Numbered from the whole stretch's first letter, positions 11,534-23,358 are shown. The stretch: DNA of 55,477 bases, filler included, from Mobula hypostoma (GCF_963921235.1; 4 parts of 3 records of this genome joined end to end with filler, not necessarily neighbours in it); one strand, 5' to 3'. Notes: a model not told the origin generated them from the sequence alone. Program-made: numbers and translations.

Positions 11534-12472
11534 TCAGGTGAACGGTTTCTCCCCAGTGTGAATTTGGTAGTGGCTCACAAGTTTGGATGACTGAGTGAAT
11601 CCCTTCCCACATTCAGAGCAGCTGAAAGGTTTCTCCCCAGTGTGAACTCGCTGATGCACCTTCAGTCGAGATGACCAAGCGAATCCCTTCCCACATTCAG
11701 AGCAGGTGAATGGCCATTCCCCAGTGTGAAGTCGCTGATGTTCCTTCAGTTGAGCGGAATGGGTGAATCTCTTCCCACATTCTGAGCAGATGAATGGTTT
11801 CTCCCCAGTGTGATCTAACTGGTGTGTCAGTAGTCGAGAACGGCGAGTGAATCCTTTCCCACAGTCTGAGCAGGTGAATGGCCTCTCCACAGTGTGAACA
11901 AACTGATGATCTTTCAGCTGAGCTGCATCGGTGAATCCCTTCCCACATTCTGAGCAGAGGAATGGTTTCACCCCAGAGTGGATTTGCTGGTGTCTCAAGA
12001 GCTGAGATGACCGAGCAAATACCTTTCCACATTCAGAGCAAGTGAACGGCTTCTCCCCAGTGTGAACTCGCTGATGCTCCTTCAGTACAGATGACCGAGC
12101 AAATACCTTTCCACATTTAGAGCAGGTGAATGGCCTCTCCCCAGTGTGAACTCGCTGGTGTGTCAGTAGGTCAGATGACTGAAGGAATCTCTTCCCACAG
12201 TCTGAACAAGTGAATGGTCTCTCCCCAGTGTGAACTAACTGATGTTGTAGCAGGTGATTTGACTGAATGAATCCTCTCCCACAGTCTGAGCAGGTGAATG
12301 GCTTCTCCCCAGTGTGAACTCGCTGGTGGGTCTGTAGGTTGGACAATTGAGCGAATCCCTTCCCACAGTCTGAGCAGGTGAATGGCTTCTCCCCAGTGTG
12401 AACTCGCTGGTGTCTCTGTAGTTTGGAGGAGTGAGTGAAGCCCTTCCCACAGTCTGAGCAGGTGAACGGCAT
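11534..12472 (-). CDS. Tandem C2H2 zinc-finger protein, 11 fingers in the Met-to-stop ORF; no KRAB seen
   Basis: Eleven CxxC-x12-HxxxH units with TGEKPF/TGERPF linkers. One more intact in-frame finger lies upstream (12473-12572) after a CGA>TGA stop. Functional status uncertain. Confidence 0.8.
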   Translation of the reverse strand: MPFTCSDCGKGFTHSSKLQRHQRVHTGEKPFTCSDCGKGFAQLSNLQTHQRVHTGEKPFTCSDCGRGFIQSNHLLQHQLVHTGERPFTCSDCGKRFLQSSDLLTHQRVHTGERPFTCSKCGKVFARSSVLKEHQRVHTGEKPFTCSECGKVFARSSQLLRHQQIHSGVKPFLCSECGKGFTDAAQLKDHQFVHTVERPFTCSDCGKGFTRRSRLLTHQLDHTGEKPFICSECGKRFTHSAQLKEHQRLHTGEWPFTCSECGKGFAWSSRLKVHQRVHTGEKPFSCSECGKGFTQSSKLVSHYQIHTGEKPFT

Positions 12473-12572
12473 CTTTTCAGTGTGAACTCGCTGGTGTTCA
12501 TTCAGTTGAGATGACTGACTGAACCCTTTCCCACATTCAGAGCAGGTGAATGGCTTCTCCCCAGTGTGAACT

Positions 12573-12900
12573 CACTGGTGTCACTGTGTTGTGGTTGAGT
12601 GTGTGAATGTCTTCCCACCGTCCGAGCAGGTCAATTTCCTCTCACTGGTGAATTTTCTGATATACCTTTAGCATCAATAACAGAATGGCTTCCCACAGTC
12701 AGAACAGGTGGAGCATCTCACTATGGTGTGAACTTGCTGATGTATCTTCATTACTGGATGACTGAGCGGTTCCCCTCCCTCACACAGAGTGGGTGAATGG
12801 CCTCTCCCCACTGTGAACTCACTGGCGTGTCTGCGGGTAGCCTGTGAGTGAATCTCTTCCCACACTGAGAGAAGGAGAATGATATCTCACTATGATCAAT
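12573..12900 (-). pseudogene. Degenerate upstream zinc fingers of the same array
   Basis: Finger remnants in several frames (SQCGKRFTH, HSGERPF, CSDCGKPF) with stops and frameshifts. Confidence 0.7.
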
Positions 12901-13300
12901 TCTCTGGCAATTCAGAAAGTCAGACGTTTGAATGCCTTGTACAATCAGTGCAGTTGAGAACTGATCTCCAGTGAACAAATCCTGGTGTGTTCTCAGCTCC
13001 TGGTTCCAGTGAATTACACAGAGTTAAAACAGAAAACTTTATTTCAGAGACAGAATACATTTACCAGCTGGGATGAGATACTTCTTCATCTCCAAGGATC
13101 GACAACAGATGTGTTGGCGTTGCAAAGAAAATATTTGGTTACTCCTTAAATATCCAGACAGAGACAGAAAAACTGATGTTTTGTTGTGTTTAAGATTCCC
13201 GTACACAAGTGCTCTGCAATTTCAAACCTGTAAAAATATTTGCAAAAGACATCAATTGGTGAAGGACAATATTTCAGGAGAGGTTTTAGTCTGTGGTGAG

Positions 13301-13720
13301 AACATCAGAACAAAAGAAATAGGAGCAGGAGTTGGCCATCTGGCCCTTAGAGCCTGATCTGCCATTGAATAAGATCATGGCTGATCTGGCCATGGACTCA
13401 TCTCCACCGACTGCCTTCTCCCCATAACCCTTAATTCCCCAACTATGCAAAAATCTATCCAATCTTGTCTTAAATATATTTACTGAGGAAGCCTCCACTC
13501 CCTCATTGGGCAGAGAAATCCACAGATCCACCACTCTCTGGGAAAAGCAGTTCCTCCTCATCTCCATCCCAATTTACCCGAATTTTGAGGCAATGTCCTC
13601 TAGTTCTCGTCTCATCTACCAGTGGAAACAACTTTCCTGCCTTTATCTTATCTATTCCTTCCATAATTTTACATGTTTCTGTATGATTTCCTCTGAATGT
13701 GAGCTCTGGCATCACAATTT
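13301..13720 (-). mobile_element. CR1 LINE 3' fragment
   Basis: EMRRNCFSQRVVDLWISLP...WGIKGYGEKA plus 3' UTR. Confidence 0.85.
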
Positions 13721-13764
13721 TACCAATTTCAACACAAGTTGGGGGTACTCAACTTGAGATATAC

Positions 13765-15235
13765 CCCAGGATACTGTGGGAAGTGAGGGAGGAAATTGCT
13801 GAGCCTCTGGCGATGATCTTTGCATATCAATAGGGAGAGGAAAAGTAATAGAGGGTTCGAAGACATTTTTCCCTTTTCAAAAAAGGGAGTAGAGATCAGC
13901 CAGAAAATTACAGACCAGTGGTTCTTACTTCAGTGCAGGGCAAGTTGTTGGAGAAGCTCCTGAGAGGCAGGATTTATGAGCATTTGTAGAAGCATAATCT
14001 GATGTGGGATAGTCAGCATGGCTCTGTCTAGGGCAGATCATGCCTTACGAACCTGATTGAGTTCTTTGAGGATGTAACAAAACACACTGATGAAGGTAGA
14101 GCATTGGATGTAGTATACATGGCTTTCAGTGAGACTTTTGATAAGATTCCTCATGTGAGGCTCATTCAGAAAGTAATGAGGCAAGGATCCAAGTAGACCT
14201 TCCTCTGTGGATCCAGAATTGGCTTGCCCACAGAAGCCAAAGGTGGTTGTAGATGGTTTGTATACTGCATGGAGGACGGTGACCAGTGGTGTTCTGCAGG
14301 GATGAGTTCTGAAACTCCTTCTCTTTGTGATGTTTATAAATGATCTTGATGAGGAAGTAGAAGGGTGCTGATGACACAAAAGTTGAGGGTGTTGTGAAGA
14401 GTGTGGACAGTTCTCCAGAGGTTACAGCAGGACGCAGATAGGATGCAGAACTGGCAGATGGAGTTCAACCCAGATAAGTGTGCTGTGGTTTATTTCGGTA
14501 CATCAAATTTGAAGACAGAATACAACATTATGTTGGGACTATTGGCAATGTGGAGGGTCAGCGAGATCTTGTGGTCCATGTCAATTTTACACTCAAAGCT
14601 GCAGCGCTGATTGACAATGTTGTTAAGAAGGCCTTCATCAACCATGGAACTGAGTTCAAGATTGGTGAGGTAATGTTACAGCTATATAAGACCTTCTTTA
14701 AACCCACTTAGCGTCTTGTGTTCAGTTACTCCATTACAGGAAGGATGTGGATACTACAGAAAGACTGCAGAGGAGATTTACAAGGATGTTACATGGAATG
14801 GAGAACATGCCTTATGAGAATAGGTTGAGTGAACTTTGGAGCGACGGAGGATGAAAGGTGACCTGACAGATGTGTATAAGATGATGAAAGGCATTGATCG
14901 TGTGGATAGCCAGAGACTTTTTTCCTAGGGCTGAAATGGCAAACACGAGGGGCATAGTTTTAAGGTGCTTGGAAGTAGGGTCAAAGGGGATGTCAGAGGT
15001 AGGTTTTTCACACAGAGAGTAGTAGGTGCATGGAATGCACTGCCAGCGATGATGGTAGAGGCAGATACCATGGAGTCTTTTGAGAGACTGTTAGATATGT
15101 ACATGGAGCTCAGGAAAACAGAGTGCAATGCGGTTGGGAAATCCGAAGCAGAAAAATGTCTAGAATAGGTTACATGGACGGCACAACACTGTGGGCCGAA
15201 GGGCCTGTAATATATTGTAGATTTCTATGTTTCTA
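13765..15235 (+). mobile_element. CR1 LINE, degenerate RT and 3' end
   Basis: RT-region remnants (QHG...CLTNL, VVYMAF), RGRFFTQRVVGAWNALP, TTCTATGT-type tail. Confidence 0.85.
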
Positions 15236-15899
15236 TATACAATCATCTTCGAACAAGGCACGGATCAGACATTCTGACTGACCATCAAATTCTCTGACTG
15301 TATTCCCGTCTGTGTGAGAATGCGCTATTTCTGACTTCAATCAACCTAAGACTTGGCTCAATATGCCTCTGTCCTTTGGTATTATTTCAAGTTCTGGTCA
15401 TGTTCCACAAGACTACAAAGAGCACTTGTTTCTACATGTATGATCCTGGAGATTTACCAATTACTCAGATACCCTCCCACCAGCCGATTGACAGTGATGA
15501 ACCCATCGATGGCAATGCCAATGAATATAAAGTGGAAGGCAGTGGCGATTCACATTGGACTGCGTCACTTCTGTGATGTAAAAGCCACAAGTCACTTGTC
15601 ATCGAGGCAAAGGTGTTTCATATCGTTATTTACTCAGAGAGAACTAAATCTGACGGAAGGTTTTATTTCCATACAGCTCAAATTGACATTTTCACTGACT
15701 GGAAGGTGAACTCTTCAACAGAGATTAACTGGGAACTATATTTTTGTTCCGACTTACAAATCCTTGGATTTACATAGCTGAAACACGGCAGTGTTTGGGA
15801 GGTACATTCGCTCCCATTTCCTTCGACTGCACGGGAACAATGCTTGGTAGTGTCATCCATGGCTGCCTCTTTACCCAGAAGTCCCCACGACCCAGAAAC

Positions 15900-16220
15900 C
15901 TGTCTGTCAGCCACCGAACAACAGAGCGGTGCGCATGCGCCGCAGAAACGGCGGCGGCCCACCGCTCATCAGCCGAAAGCCTGGCGGCACTGGGTACGGA
16001 TCGTGGGGCTGAGAAAGAGGGAACGGACCGGGGCTGTCCTGGGGTGCAGGACCAGTGCGCCAGGAGCTCACAGTAATAGCCCGTCAATCACGTTTCAGAC
16101 GCCGCTGATTAATTCCCCACCGGAGACCCCTCCTACCTGCGGCCGGTCTTTGTGAGCCTCTCGTCTGCTGAGCGCATGCGCGATATTTGGGATTACCTCA
16201 TACCTCTGCGCATGCGCGTG
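15900..16220 (-). promoter_or_regulatory. CpG-rich promoter and candidate first non-coding exon of the zinc-finger gene, with three NRF1-type motifs
   Basis: GCGCATGCGC at 15931-15940, 16172-16181 and 16208-16217. Minus-strand donor CAG|GTAGGA at 16137/16136. Assignment to the ZNF gene is inferred from position and strand. Confidence 0.6.
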
Positions 16221-16380
16221 TGAGCAAACAGAAGGAAATCTGCAGATGCCGAAATCCAAAACAACAGACGGAAAATGCTGGGGGAAAGTCAGGGAGACAG
16301 ACGGCAACTATGGAGAGAAGTGAACAGTCGGCCTTTCAGACCCAGACCCTTCTTCAGCACTGGAAAGGAAGGGAGGGAGT

Positions 16381-16480
16381 NNNNNNNNNNNNNNNNNNNN
16401 NNNNNNNNNNNNNNNNNNNNNNNNTTAATTAATTAANNNNNNNNNNNNNNNNNNNNNNNNNNNNNNNNNNNNNNNNNNNN
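16381..16480. other. Artificial contig linker (N45-TTAATTAATTAA-N43)
   Basis: 100 bp with a six-frame stop palindrome embedded in Ns. Confidence 0.95.
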
Positions 16481-16554
16481 GCCTCTGGTAGTCACTGGTT
16501 TGTCGAGCAGCGTTGACTGTGGCTATTGAGGCCAATCCTGGAACGGCAGGCTTT

Positions 16555-16900
16555 GCCACAGTTGCTTCCCACTATTCAGGATATTTACAAAGACAGGTGT
16601 GTAAAAAGGGCCCGGAGGATCATTGGGGACCTGTGTCACCCCAACTACAAACTGTTCCAGCTGCTACCATCCAGCAAACGGTACGCAGCATAAAAGCCAG
16701 GACCAACAGGCTCCCGAACAACTTCTTCCACCAGGCCATCAGACTGATTAATTCATGCTGATACAAATGTATTTCTATGTTATATTTACTGTCCTGTTGT
16801 ACATGCTATTTACTATAAACTACACATTTAGATAGAGATGTAATGTGAAGATTTTTACTCCTCACGTTAAGAAGGATGTAAGTAATAAAGTCAATTCAAC
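16555..16900 (+). mobile_element. Rex1/Babar-type LINE 3' fragment
   Basis: LPTIQDIYKDRCVKRARRIIGDL.HPNYKLFQLLPS...IKARTNRL.N.FFHQAIRLINS* across frames. Confidence 0.7.
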
Positions 16901-17705
16901 TGATGTAAAATCCCTGAAAATCTTCTGTTTTAAGTTTTGAGGCCCAAGTGATATTTTATTTGCATACAAAACTGTAAGTAATCCTTAGCTATCTATTGAG
17001 CTGTGAATAGGGTTGGGAATGTTATTTCCTCATATGGATGAATAAAAGTATAAATAATTCTAAATTTATTTTTGCTTTTTAAACATTTTGCTTATCATTC
17101 TTCAGCGTCTATCTTCATCCCCTGTGCAGTACATTATATGTCCCATTCTTCATCTGGCGTTCTTTATAAGACTTAAAAACAATTGAAAATTATGTTTTAT
17201 TTGCTTCCTGATAGGTTGTTATGAGTTACTTAATGGGTTTTGTTTCTCAGTAATCCTCCAGAAATGGCATCTGATGACGGCAAACCAAAAGAAAAAATCC
17301 TCTGATCTCAGCAGGGAGATCAAAGGGTTTCCTTGGGATCTTCCTTCAAGGCCAGTGGAGCATACCCTTTCTTTATCACTGGTGTCAAATTATGGAACGT
17401 TATCTTTCATCATGTTAATCTGTTTAGCAGATTGGTTCCCAACCATTTTGCTCATATTTATTAAAATACTTCTCCTGTTCCGTCATAAACAACTGATGAT
17501 GTCATGATTTGCTCCTTTTTGGGATCTCTATGGCCATTTGATTGAGCATAGCAAGTGTATATTTACTTCCACTGTTTTAATGATTTTTTAAACTTCTAAA
17601 ATACCCTATAGTTAAAGCCACAAAACTCTCTGTAACTTTGATAGCTCTTCCAAGGGGCTCATGCACCCTGAGCTAGGGACCAGTAGAAAGAGCAGAGTTC
17701 CTAAT

Positions 17706-17818
17706 AACACACATAAAAGTTGCTGGTGAACGCAGCAGGCCAGGCAGCATCTCTAGGAAGAGGTACAGTCGACATTTTGGGCCGAGACCCTTCGTCAGGA
17801 CTAACTGAAAGAAGAGCT
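17706..17818 (-). mobile_element. Short Penelope-like (pLTR) terminal insertion
   Basis: Matches the PLE tail at 25876-25970 and 48500-48638; 12-bp TSD AGAGTTCCTAAT at 17694-17705 and 17819-17830; hammerhead core mutated (GAAAC to AAAAT). Confidence 0.85.
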
Positions 17819-18032
17819 AGAGTTCCTAATGTTGCTTTTTCTTTTTAAATTCCTTAAACTGAAATTTGCAAATAGAAATCTTAATTTGCAGTATCACTAT
17901 AATGACTGATACAATTATGCTCAGTGATTTTGCAATCAGTCAAGTCATCTATCATAGCAAAAAGTTATTAACAAAGTGGTGAATAAGAAAAATAAACAAG
18001 TTTTTGGTCAGAACTAAATAACTAACTCACAA

Positions 18033-18266
18033 ACACGAGGAAATCTGCAGATACTGGAATTTCAAGTAACAGACATAAAAGTTGCTGGTGAACGCAGCAG
18101 GCCAGGCAGCATCTCTAGAAAGACGTGCAGTCGACGTTTCGGGCCGAGACCCTTCGTCAGTACGGGTGGGTCCTGACGAAGGGTCTCGGCCCAAAATGTT
18201 GACTGTACCTCTTCCTAGAGATGCTGCCTGGCCTGCTGTGTTCACCAGCAACTTTTATGTGTGTTG
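18033..18266. mobile_element. Fold-back (inverted pLTR) Penelope-like insertion
   Basis: ~100-bp inverted arms; 14-bp TSD TAACTAACTCACAA at 18019-18032 and 18267-18280. Confidence 0.9.
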
Positions 18267-18709
18267 TAACTAACTCACAATCCCATTTAATTTGGAAGAT
18301 TAATAACAGAGTGGTAGATTAATTTAAATGTTATGACTGAAGTTTGGTTTTGATAATCTAGCAGTGCATAAATCCTAATGTTTATTTGCAGCATATGTTG
18401 TGATGCTATTTTCACAGAGAGTAACTAACTAACTATGTTATGATGCTCCTTGACCAGCCACAAGCTCTATCACATTTGTTATTAAGCTAACACAATGTTC
18501 TAGATTTCATTCGTGGCTGAATCAGGTTTATTCAGATTAACCATTAGCTCTCATGGCAATTTGGCCTCAATGCTTGATACAGATTAACAATAACTGTTCC
18601 AGTAAAAGCTTTATGCATGTGATGTCATGTAAAGGTAGGCTCTGACCTAAATGTGTAATCTATTTATGAAGTTTGGATGAATGACCCAGTTCACTTCTAA
18701 ATATACTTA

Positions 18710-19252
18710 CACTCAGTGGCCATTTTATTAGGTACTTCTTGTACTCAATAGAGTAACCACTGGGTGGATGTTTGTGGTCTTCTGCTGCTGTATCCCACCC
18801 ACTTCAAGTCTGGATGCGCTTGTGTTCAGAAATGCTCTTCTGCACGCCACTGTTGTAACTTTTGTTTTTTTGAGTTATTGTCGCCTTTCTGGCAGCCTGA
18901 ACCAGTCTGGTCATTCTCCTCTGACCTCTGTCATTAGCAAGGCATTTTTTACCCACAGAACTGCCACTCACTGGATGCTTTTCATTTCTCAAACCATTTT
19001 CCACTACGACACAGGTGTGCGTGAAAATCCCAGGGGATCAACAGTTTCTGAGTTACTCAAAGCACCACCTCTGACACCTACAATTATTCTGCTATGAAAG
19101 TCACCTTTCCTCCCCATCCTGATGTCTGGTCTGAACAACAACTGAAGCTCTTGACCACCTGTGCATTGAGTTGCTGCCACGTGATTGGCCGATTAGATAT
19201 TTGCATTAACAAGCAGGTGCATAGGTACAACTAATAAAGTGGCCGCTGAGTG
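18710..19252 (-). mobile_element. Tc1/mariner internally deleted DNA transposon
   Basis: 22-bp TIRs CACTCAGTGGCCATTTTATTAG / CTAATAAAGTGGCCGCTGAGTG (2 mismatches), TA at both flanks, transposase remnant GKKCLANDRGQRRMTRLVQAARKATITQ. Confidence 0.85.
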
Positions 19253-20029
19253 TAGTTCATAAGAACAGAAGAGAGTTGACAATAATGGCAACTTGCTCGG
19301 AGACACAGCATTGAAATCCATATTTGGAAGCTAAAGTTCAATGCTTAGCTCTGGATAAGCATAAAATATAGAAGAAAAGGTTTGGAATTGTCCCCTTAAA
19401 ATGTGATTATCGTTAGATATTATAACAAAATTAAAAAGGATTTAAGATTTATCTTCTTTCTCTTTTTTCTCTCTCACTTGCTTCCATCTTCATTCTCTCT
19501 TTACGCAAAATGTGAGTTTCCTTACATAATTTTACAATGAAGAGAATATTCTGTGTTATACTTCCTGGTATAGACCTGGATTTTGATTTCATTTGAACCA
19601 AATTTCAGAAGTGGAGAAATATGTGCAGCGACTATCATGAGTAGACAAAAAGGTTGGCCTATACAGTATGTGGCTGGTCAAAGTGCCTTTACTGTGCTGT
19701 ATGACTCTATGATGAATCAAATTCACATTTACTACAAACAATTGATAGCAAATTTCTATCCTTGCAAAATTTCAGAAAATGCAGCATCAATTGTGTAAAG
19801 TAATAAGATAATGGCAAGATCACGTGCTTTAGATAAGATAAATAATTAGGCCGATCCAACACATCCTTCCACATCATCTAAAGTCTTTGGACAGTAATAT
19901 CTAACTGCCACCTGCCTGATCTCAGAGACTGCCCCACACAAGCCAATTTTAGAAAATACCCCATGAATGAATGATATTTTATATACTGTAAATAAATGCT
20001 TCCTGACATTTGTCTTTAGTTACTCTGAC

Positions 20030-20180
20030 TTCTCCTCTTTCTTTCCAGTCCTGATAAAGGGTCTTGGCCCAAAACGCTGACTGTTTACTCTTATCCATAG
20101 ATGCTGCCTGGCCTGCTGAGTTCTTCCAGCATTTTGTGTGTCTTGCTTTGGATTATCAGTATCTGAAGATTTTCTCATGT
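20030..20180 (+). mobile_element. Older Penelope-like terminal fragment
   Basis: Degenerate CAGTC-CTGATAA-AGGGTCTTGGCCC-AAAACG...GACTG followed by the GATGCTGCCTGGCCTGCTG tail. Confidence 0.7.
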
Positions 20181-20659
20181 TTGTGATTTGCCTTTCGTTT
20201 ACTAGTCAAAATTTAGTCAGAATACGCAGTCAGAAACAGTGATTTCCATTAACCCACTGTATTTTTAATATTCAGTACACCTTGTCACGTCTATTCTTCT
20301 GCTGTTATTTTTAAACCGTAACAGGACTTTTCTTAAATCTTTCTCCATAATTTAATCCTGTAACTTTAAGGATCATCCATGTTGGCTGTTGAAGTGTCCA
20401 GCAATTTGGTTGCCTCTCTGTGATGAGAATTGAATGTGGTATCCTAGTTCTAGTATGAACAGAATTCTTGCCACTTCATTGTAATAACAATTGATTGATC
20501 TACCGAACCATGGCTTTGTCAGCTTCAGCGTTGTCCATTTCAATTATCTCTTCTGCCTGGCCTCTCACTCACAACAACCCCAAAACCATAAATATAAAGA
20601 CGTGTTTCACAGAGCAAACAAATGTTCACTTATGTATAAACATTGACCTGCATTAACAC

Positions 20660-20833
20660 AAACAACAGGAATTCTGCAGATGCTGGAAATTCAAGCAACA
20701 CACATAAAAGTTGCTGGTGAACGCAGCAGGCCAGGCAGCATCTCTAGGAAGAGGTACAGTCCGAAACGTAGACTGTACCTCTTCCTAGAGATGCTGCCTG
20801 GCCTGCTGCGTTCACTAACAACTTTTATGTGTG
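20660..20833. mobile_element. Fold-back Penelope-like insertion
   Basis: ~64-bp inverted arms around a CGAAACGTA loop; 16-bp TSD TGACCTGCATTAACAC at 20644-20659 and 20834-20849. Confidence 0.9.
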
Positions 20834-21659
20834 TGACCTGCATTAACACTTGGTTTGCTATTTTTATTTGATCATTCGGAAGATGTGTGCTTCACTAACA
20901 AAACCAGAATATCTTGCCTATCTCTATCTGCCGTTTGGAATGTTGACAACCTCTTTGAACCCCTACAATCCTTTACCAGAAGGGAGAACAGAGCAGCTTG
21001 CCAACCTATAAAGAAAGCAATTAAAGTCAACCACATTGCTATGGATCTGCAAATTGACCAGACCTAATAAGGAGACAGGATTCCTTTCCTAAAGGTATTT
21101 GTGAATCAGATAGGTTTCAAAACATCAATCCGGTGTTCACTGTTTACTTTTACTAATATTAGACACTTAACACATTGATTTATTAAGCTAAGTTTATATA
21201 GTGCCTGGCTTTGAACTCTTCACCCCATATCGCCAGAGTGGGTTCACCAGGGTATTGTCTGGGATGGTATATTCAAGTTCAATTTCAAGTTTATTGTCAT
21301 TCGACCATATACATGTATACTGTCAAATGAAACATTGTTCCTCTGGGGCTAAAGCACATTTCGTTATGGTCCAGCACACACACTCAGAGAAGAAAATTAG
21401 CACATCTCCTAGAGTGGCATGGCCTGAAGATTGACAGGTTGACATGAAGTGCAAGCTGCATGTTTATGTAAGACAGTATAATACCACTGGCCCTATTATA
21501 ATACAACAAGTAGTCATATAAATATGTACAAAGGCAGCAATAAAAGATTAAACCAGTGCTGGATGCAAGTTTGCCTGTGAGTTGGGAAGCTGGGGGTGGG
21601 GGATTTGCAGGACATTTAGACAGGGTGTACATGTGTGCTGGGCAACAGTATATTTAAGT

Positions 21660-22015
21660 TATGGGGAAATATTGGACAAATGGGGCATGTTTCCTCGATT
21701 GAAGAAGCTGACTGGGGCTTGACAAAGATATGCAGAATTATTATAGGGTAATAGTAAGAATTTTCCACATTGCAGAGAGGTGTCCAAGACCAGAGGGAAG
21801 AGGTTTAGGTGAGGGGTAACAGGGAGTTGGAGGAAGAAATTATTCACCCAAATGATGGTTTCACTCTGGATTGCAATGCCTGGGGAAATAGTGGAGGCAG
21901 ATGCTCTTACTACATTTAAGAGCACTCAAACTGGAAAGCAGACCAGGGCAAATGGGATTGGTACTTGATAGTTAGCGTAGACATGATGAACAGAAGGGCC
22001 TTTTTTGCTGTATGT
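21660..22015 (+). mobile_element. Degenerate CR1 3' fragment
   Basis: KKLFTQMMVSLWIAMPGEIVEADAL..FK-like remnant and CR1 3' UTR. Confidence 0.65.
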
Positions 22016-22323
22016 CTATATCATTGATATGGGTCTCTGACTTACCAGTCTACTGACTTTATCACTATGCTAACATACCCACCTAATCTAACAGACTCAT
22101 TCCCATGTTCAGAACTCATTATGGTTTTGCCTCATTGATTCCCTGTAACCTTCTCCATTTCTAAACCCTATGACAGCTCAACATTCCTTCAATTCCAGCT
22201 TCTTGTGAATTCCAGACTCTTCAGTCTATTGGTGGGCATGCCTTTAGTCACAAGAGATGCTGCTATTCCTTATGTAAGAATTTCCTTAAATCCCAACTCC
22301 TTGGCCAAGCCTCTATAGACCAG

Positions 22324-22423
22324 NNNNNNNNNNNNNNNNNNNNNNNNNNNNNNNNNNNNNNNNNNNNTTAATTAATTAANNNNNNNNNNNNNNNNNNNNN
22401 NNNNNNNNNNNNNNNNNNNNNNN
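22324..22423. other. Artificial contig linker (N44-TTAATTAATTAA-N44)
   Basis: Same 100-bp construct as 16381-16480. Confidence 0.95.
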
Positions 22424-22780
22424 TATGACGCCATCGGACGTCACTCAAACCGGGCTGAGCGCTCCGGGTCCGGCCTTCAAATCGCTGGCTGGGGGTGGGG
22501 GGCGACATTAGCCTTTGCGCCCATTGAGTCCAATAACAGACCGGGATTACCGACACCGCCGGGGGAGGGAACCGATGGAGAAGCGGGTGGAAAATGCAGA
22601 TCAGATGTGACTGCAGGCCTGGTGGATCCCCGCCTATTGATAGAACCACCAGCCCACTCGCTCCCTGTCACAGGACACGCGTGGAAACTTTCCCGCTCAC
22701 CCATCCGTGTGTGGACAACTCATACCACCCGATCAGTCCCTCCACCGCAGAGTCACGTTATGGATATTTGCATTGTTATG
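22424..22780. repeat. Copy A of a duplicated CpG-rich promoter-like cassette
   Basis: 22424-22716 is homologous to 25697-25875 plus 27645-27756. Contains GACGTCA (22437-22443), CCAAT (22530-22534) and octamer ATTTGCAT (22766-22773). Confidence 0.75.
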
Positions 22781-22915
22781 AATCTCTCTTTCTCCCTTTT
22801 CGCCTGCCCGCCCCCGCAGACACGCAGTCATGTTAATATCTGACTATTTTGCAGATGTAACCTCCGTCCCTCGCACAATTCCAGCTAATTAATAAGCCTC
22901 ACTTATTCCTCTCTC

Positions 22916-23049
22916 NNNNNNNNNNNNNNNNNNNNNNNNNNNNNNNNNNNNNNNNNNNNNNNNNNNNNNNNNNNNNNNNNNNNNNNNNNNNNNNNNNNNN
23001 NNNNNNNNNNNNNNNNNNNNNNNNNNNNNNNNNNNNNNNNNNNNNNNNN
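22916..23049. other. Assembly gap (134 N) in a pyrimidine-rich low-complexity tract
   Basis: N run without linker; flanked by similar CACAATTCCAGCTAATT motifs near 22870 and 23255. Confidence 0.9.
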
Positions 23050-23316
23050 TCGCTCCATATGGTGCCCCTCTTTTCCTCCCCTCCTCTCTCTCCACCGCCC
23101 TAAGCCGCCTGTATGTTTCCCCTCACCCTCTACCCTCCGCTTCCCCCCACTGCCTCCTTCTCTCTCTCGCTCTCCTCCTTGCTCCCTCTCTCTCTCTCCG
23201 CCACGTCTCCCTCCCTCCAATCCCGCTCTCCCGTCCTCTCTGCCCTCTGTGTCTCACACAATTCCAGCTAATTCGTATCCCTCACATATTCCTCTCCGTC
23301 CATATGAAACGCTGTT

Positions 23317-23317
<1 letters not shown>

Positions 23318-23356
<39 letters not shown>
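23318..23356 (+). repeat. Compound (CT)n(CA)n microsatellite
   Basis: Direct reading. Confidence 0.9.

Positions 23357-23358
<2 letters not shown>

Noticed and set aside
12235-12501. Alternative-frame ORFs over the zinc-finger array (also 11697-12032)
   Set aside because: Shadow frames of the repetitive finger codons.
16426-16437. TTAATTAATTAA as a regulatory palindrome or PacI site
   Set aside because: It is embedded in Ns three times with identical 100-bp total length, so it is an artificial linker.
17706-20833. Repeated palindromic units as a CRISPR array or MITE family
   Set aside because: They are dispersed with no spacers, have variable 11-16-bp TSDs, and are identical to the PLE terminus.
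22424-22860. tRNA, 5S rRNA or snRNA gene in the octamer-containing cassette
   Set aside because: No A/B boxes, cloverleaf or recognisable U1/U2/U6/5S sequence on either strand by eye.
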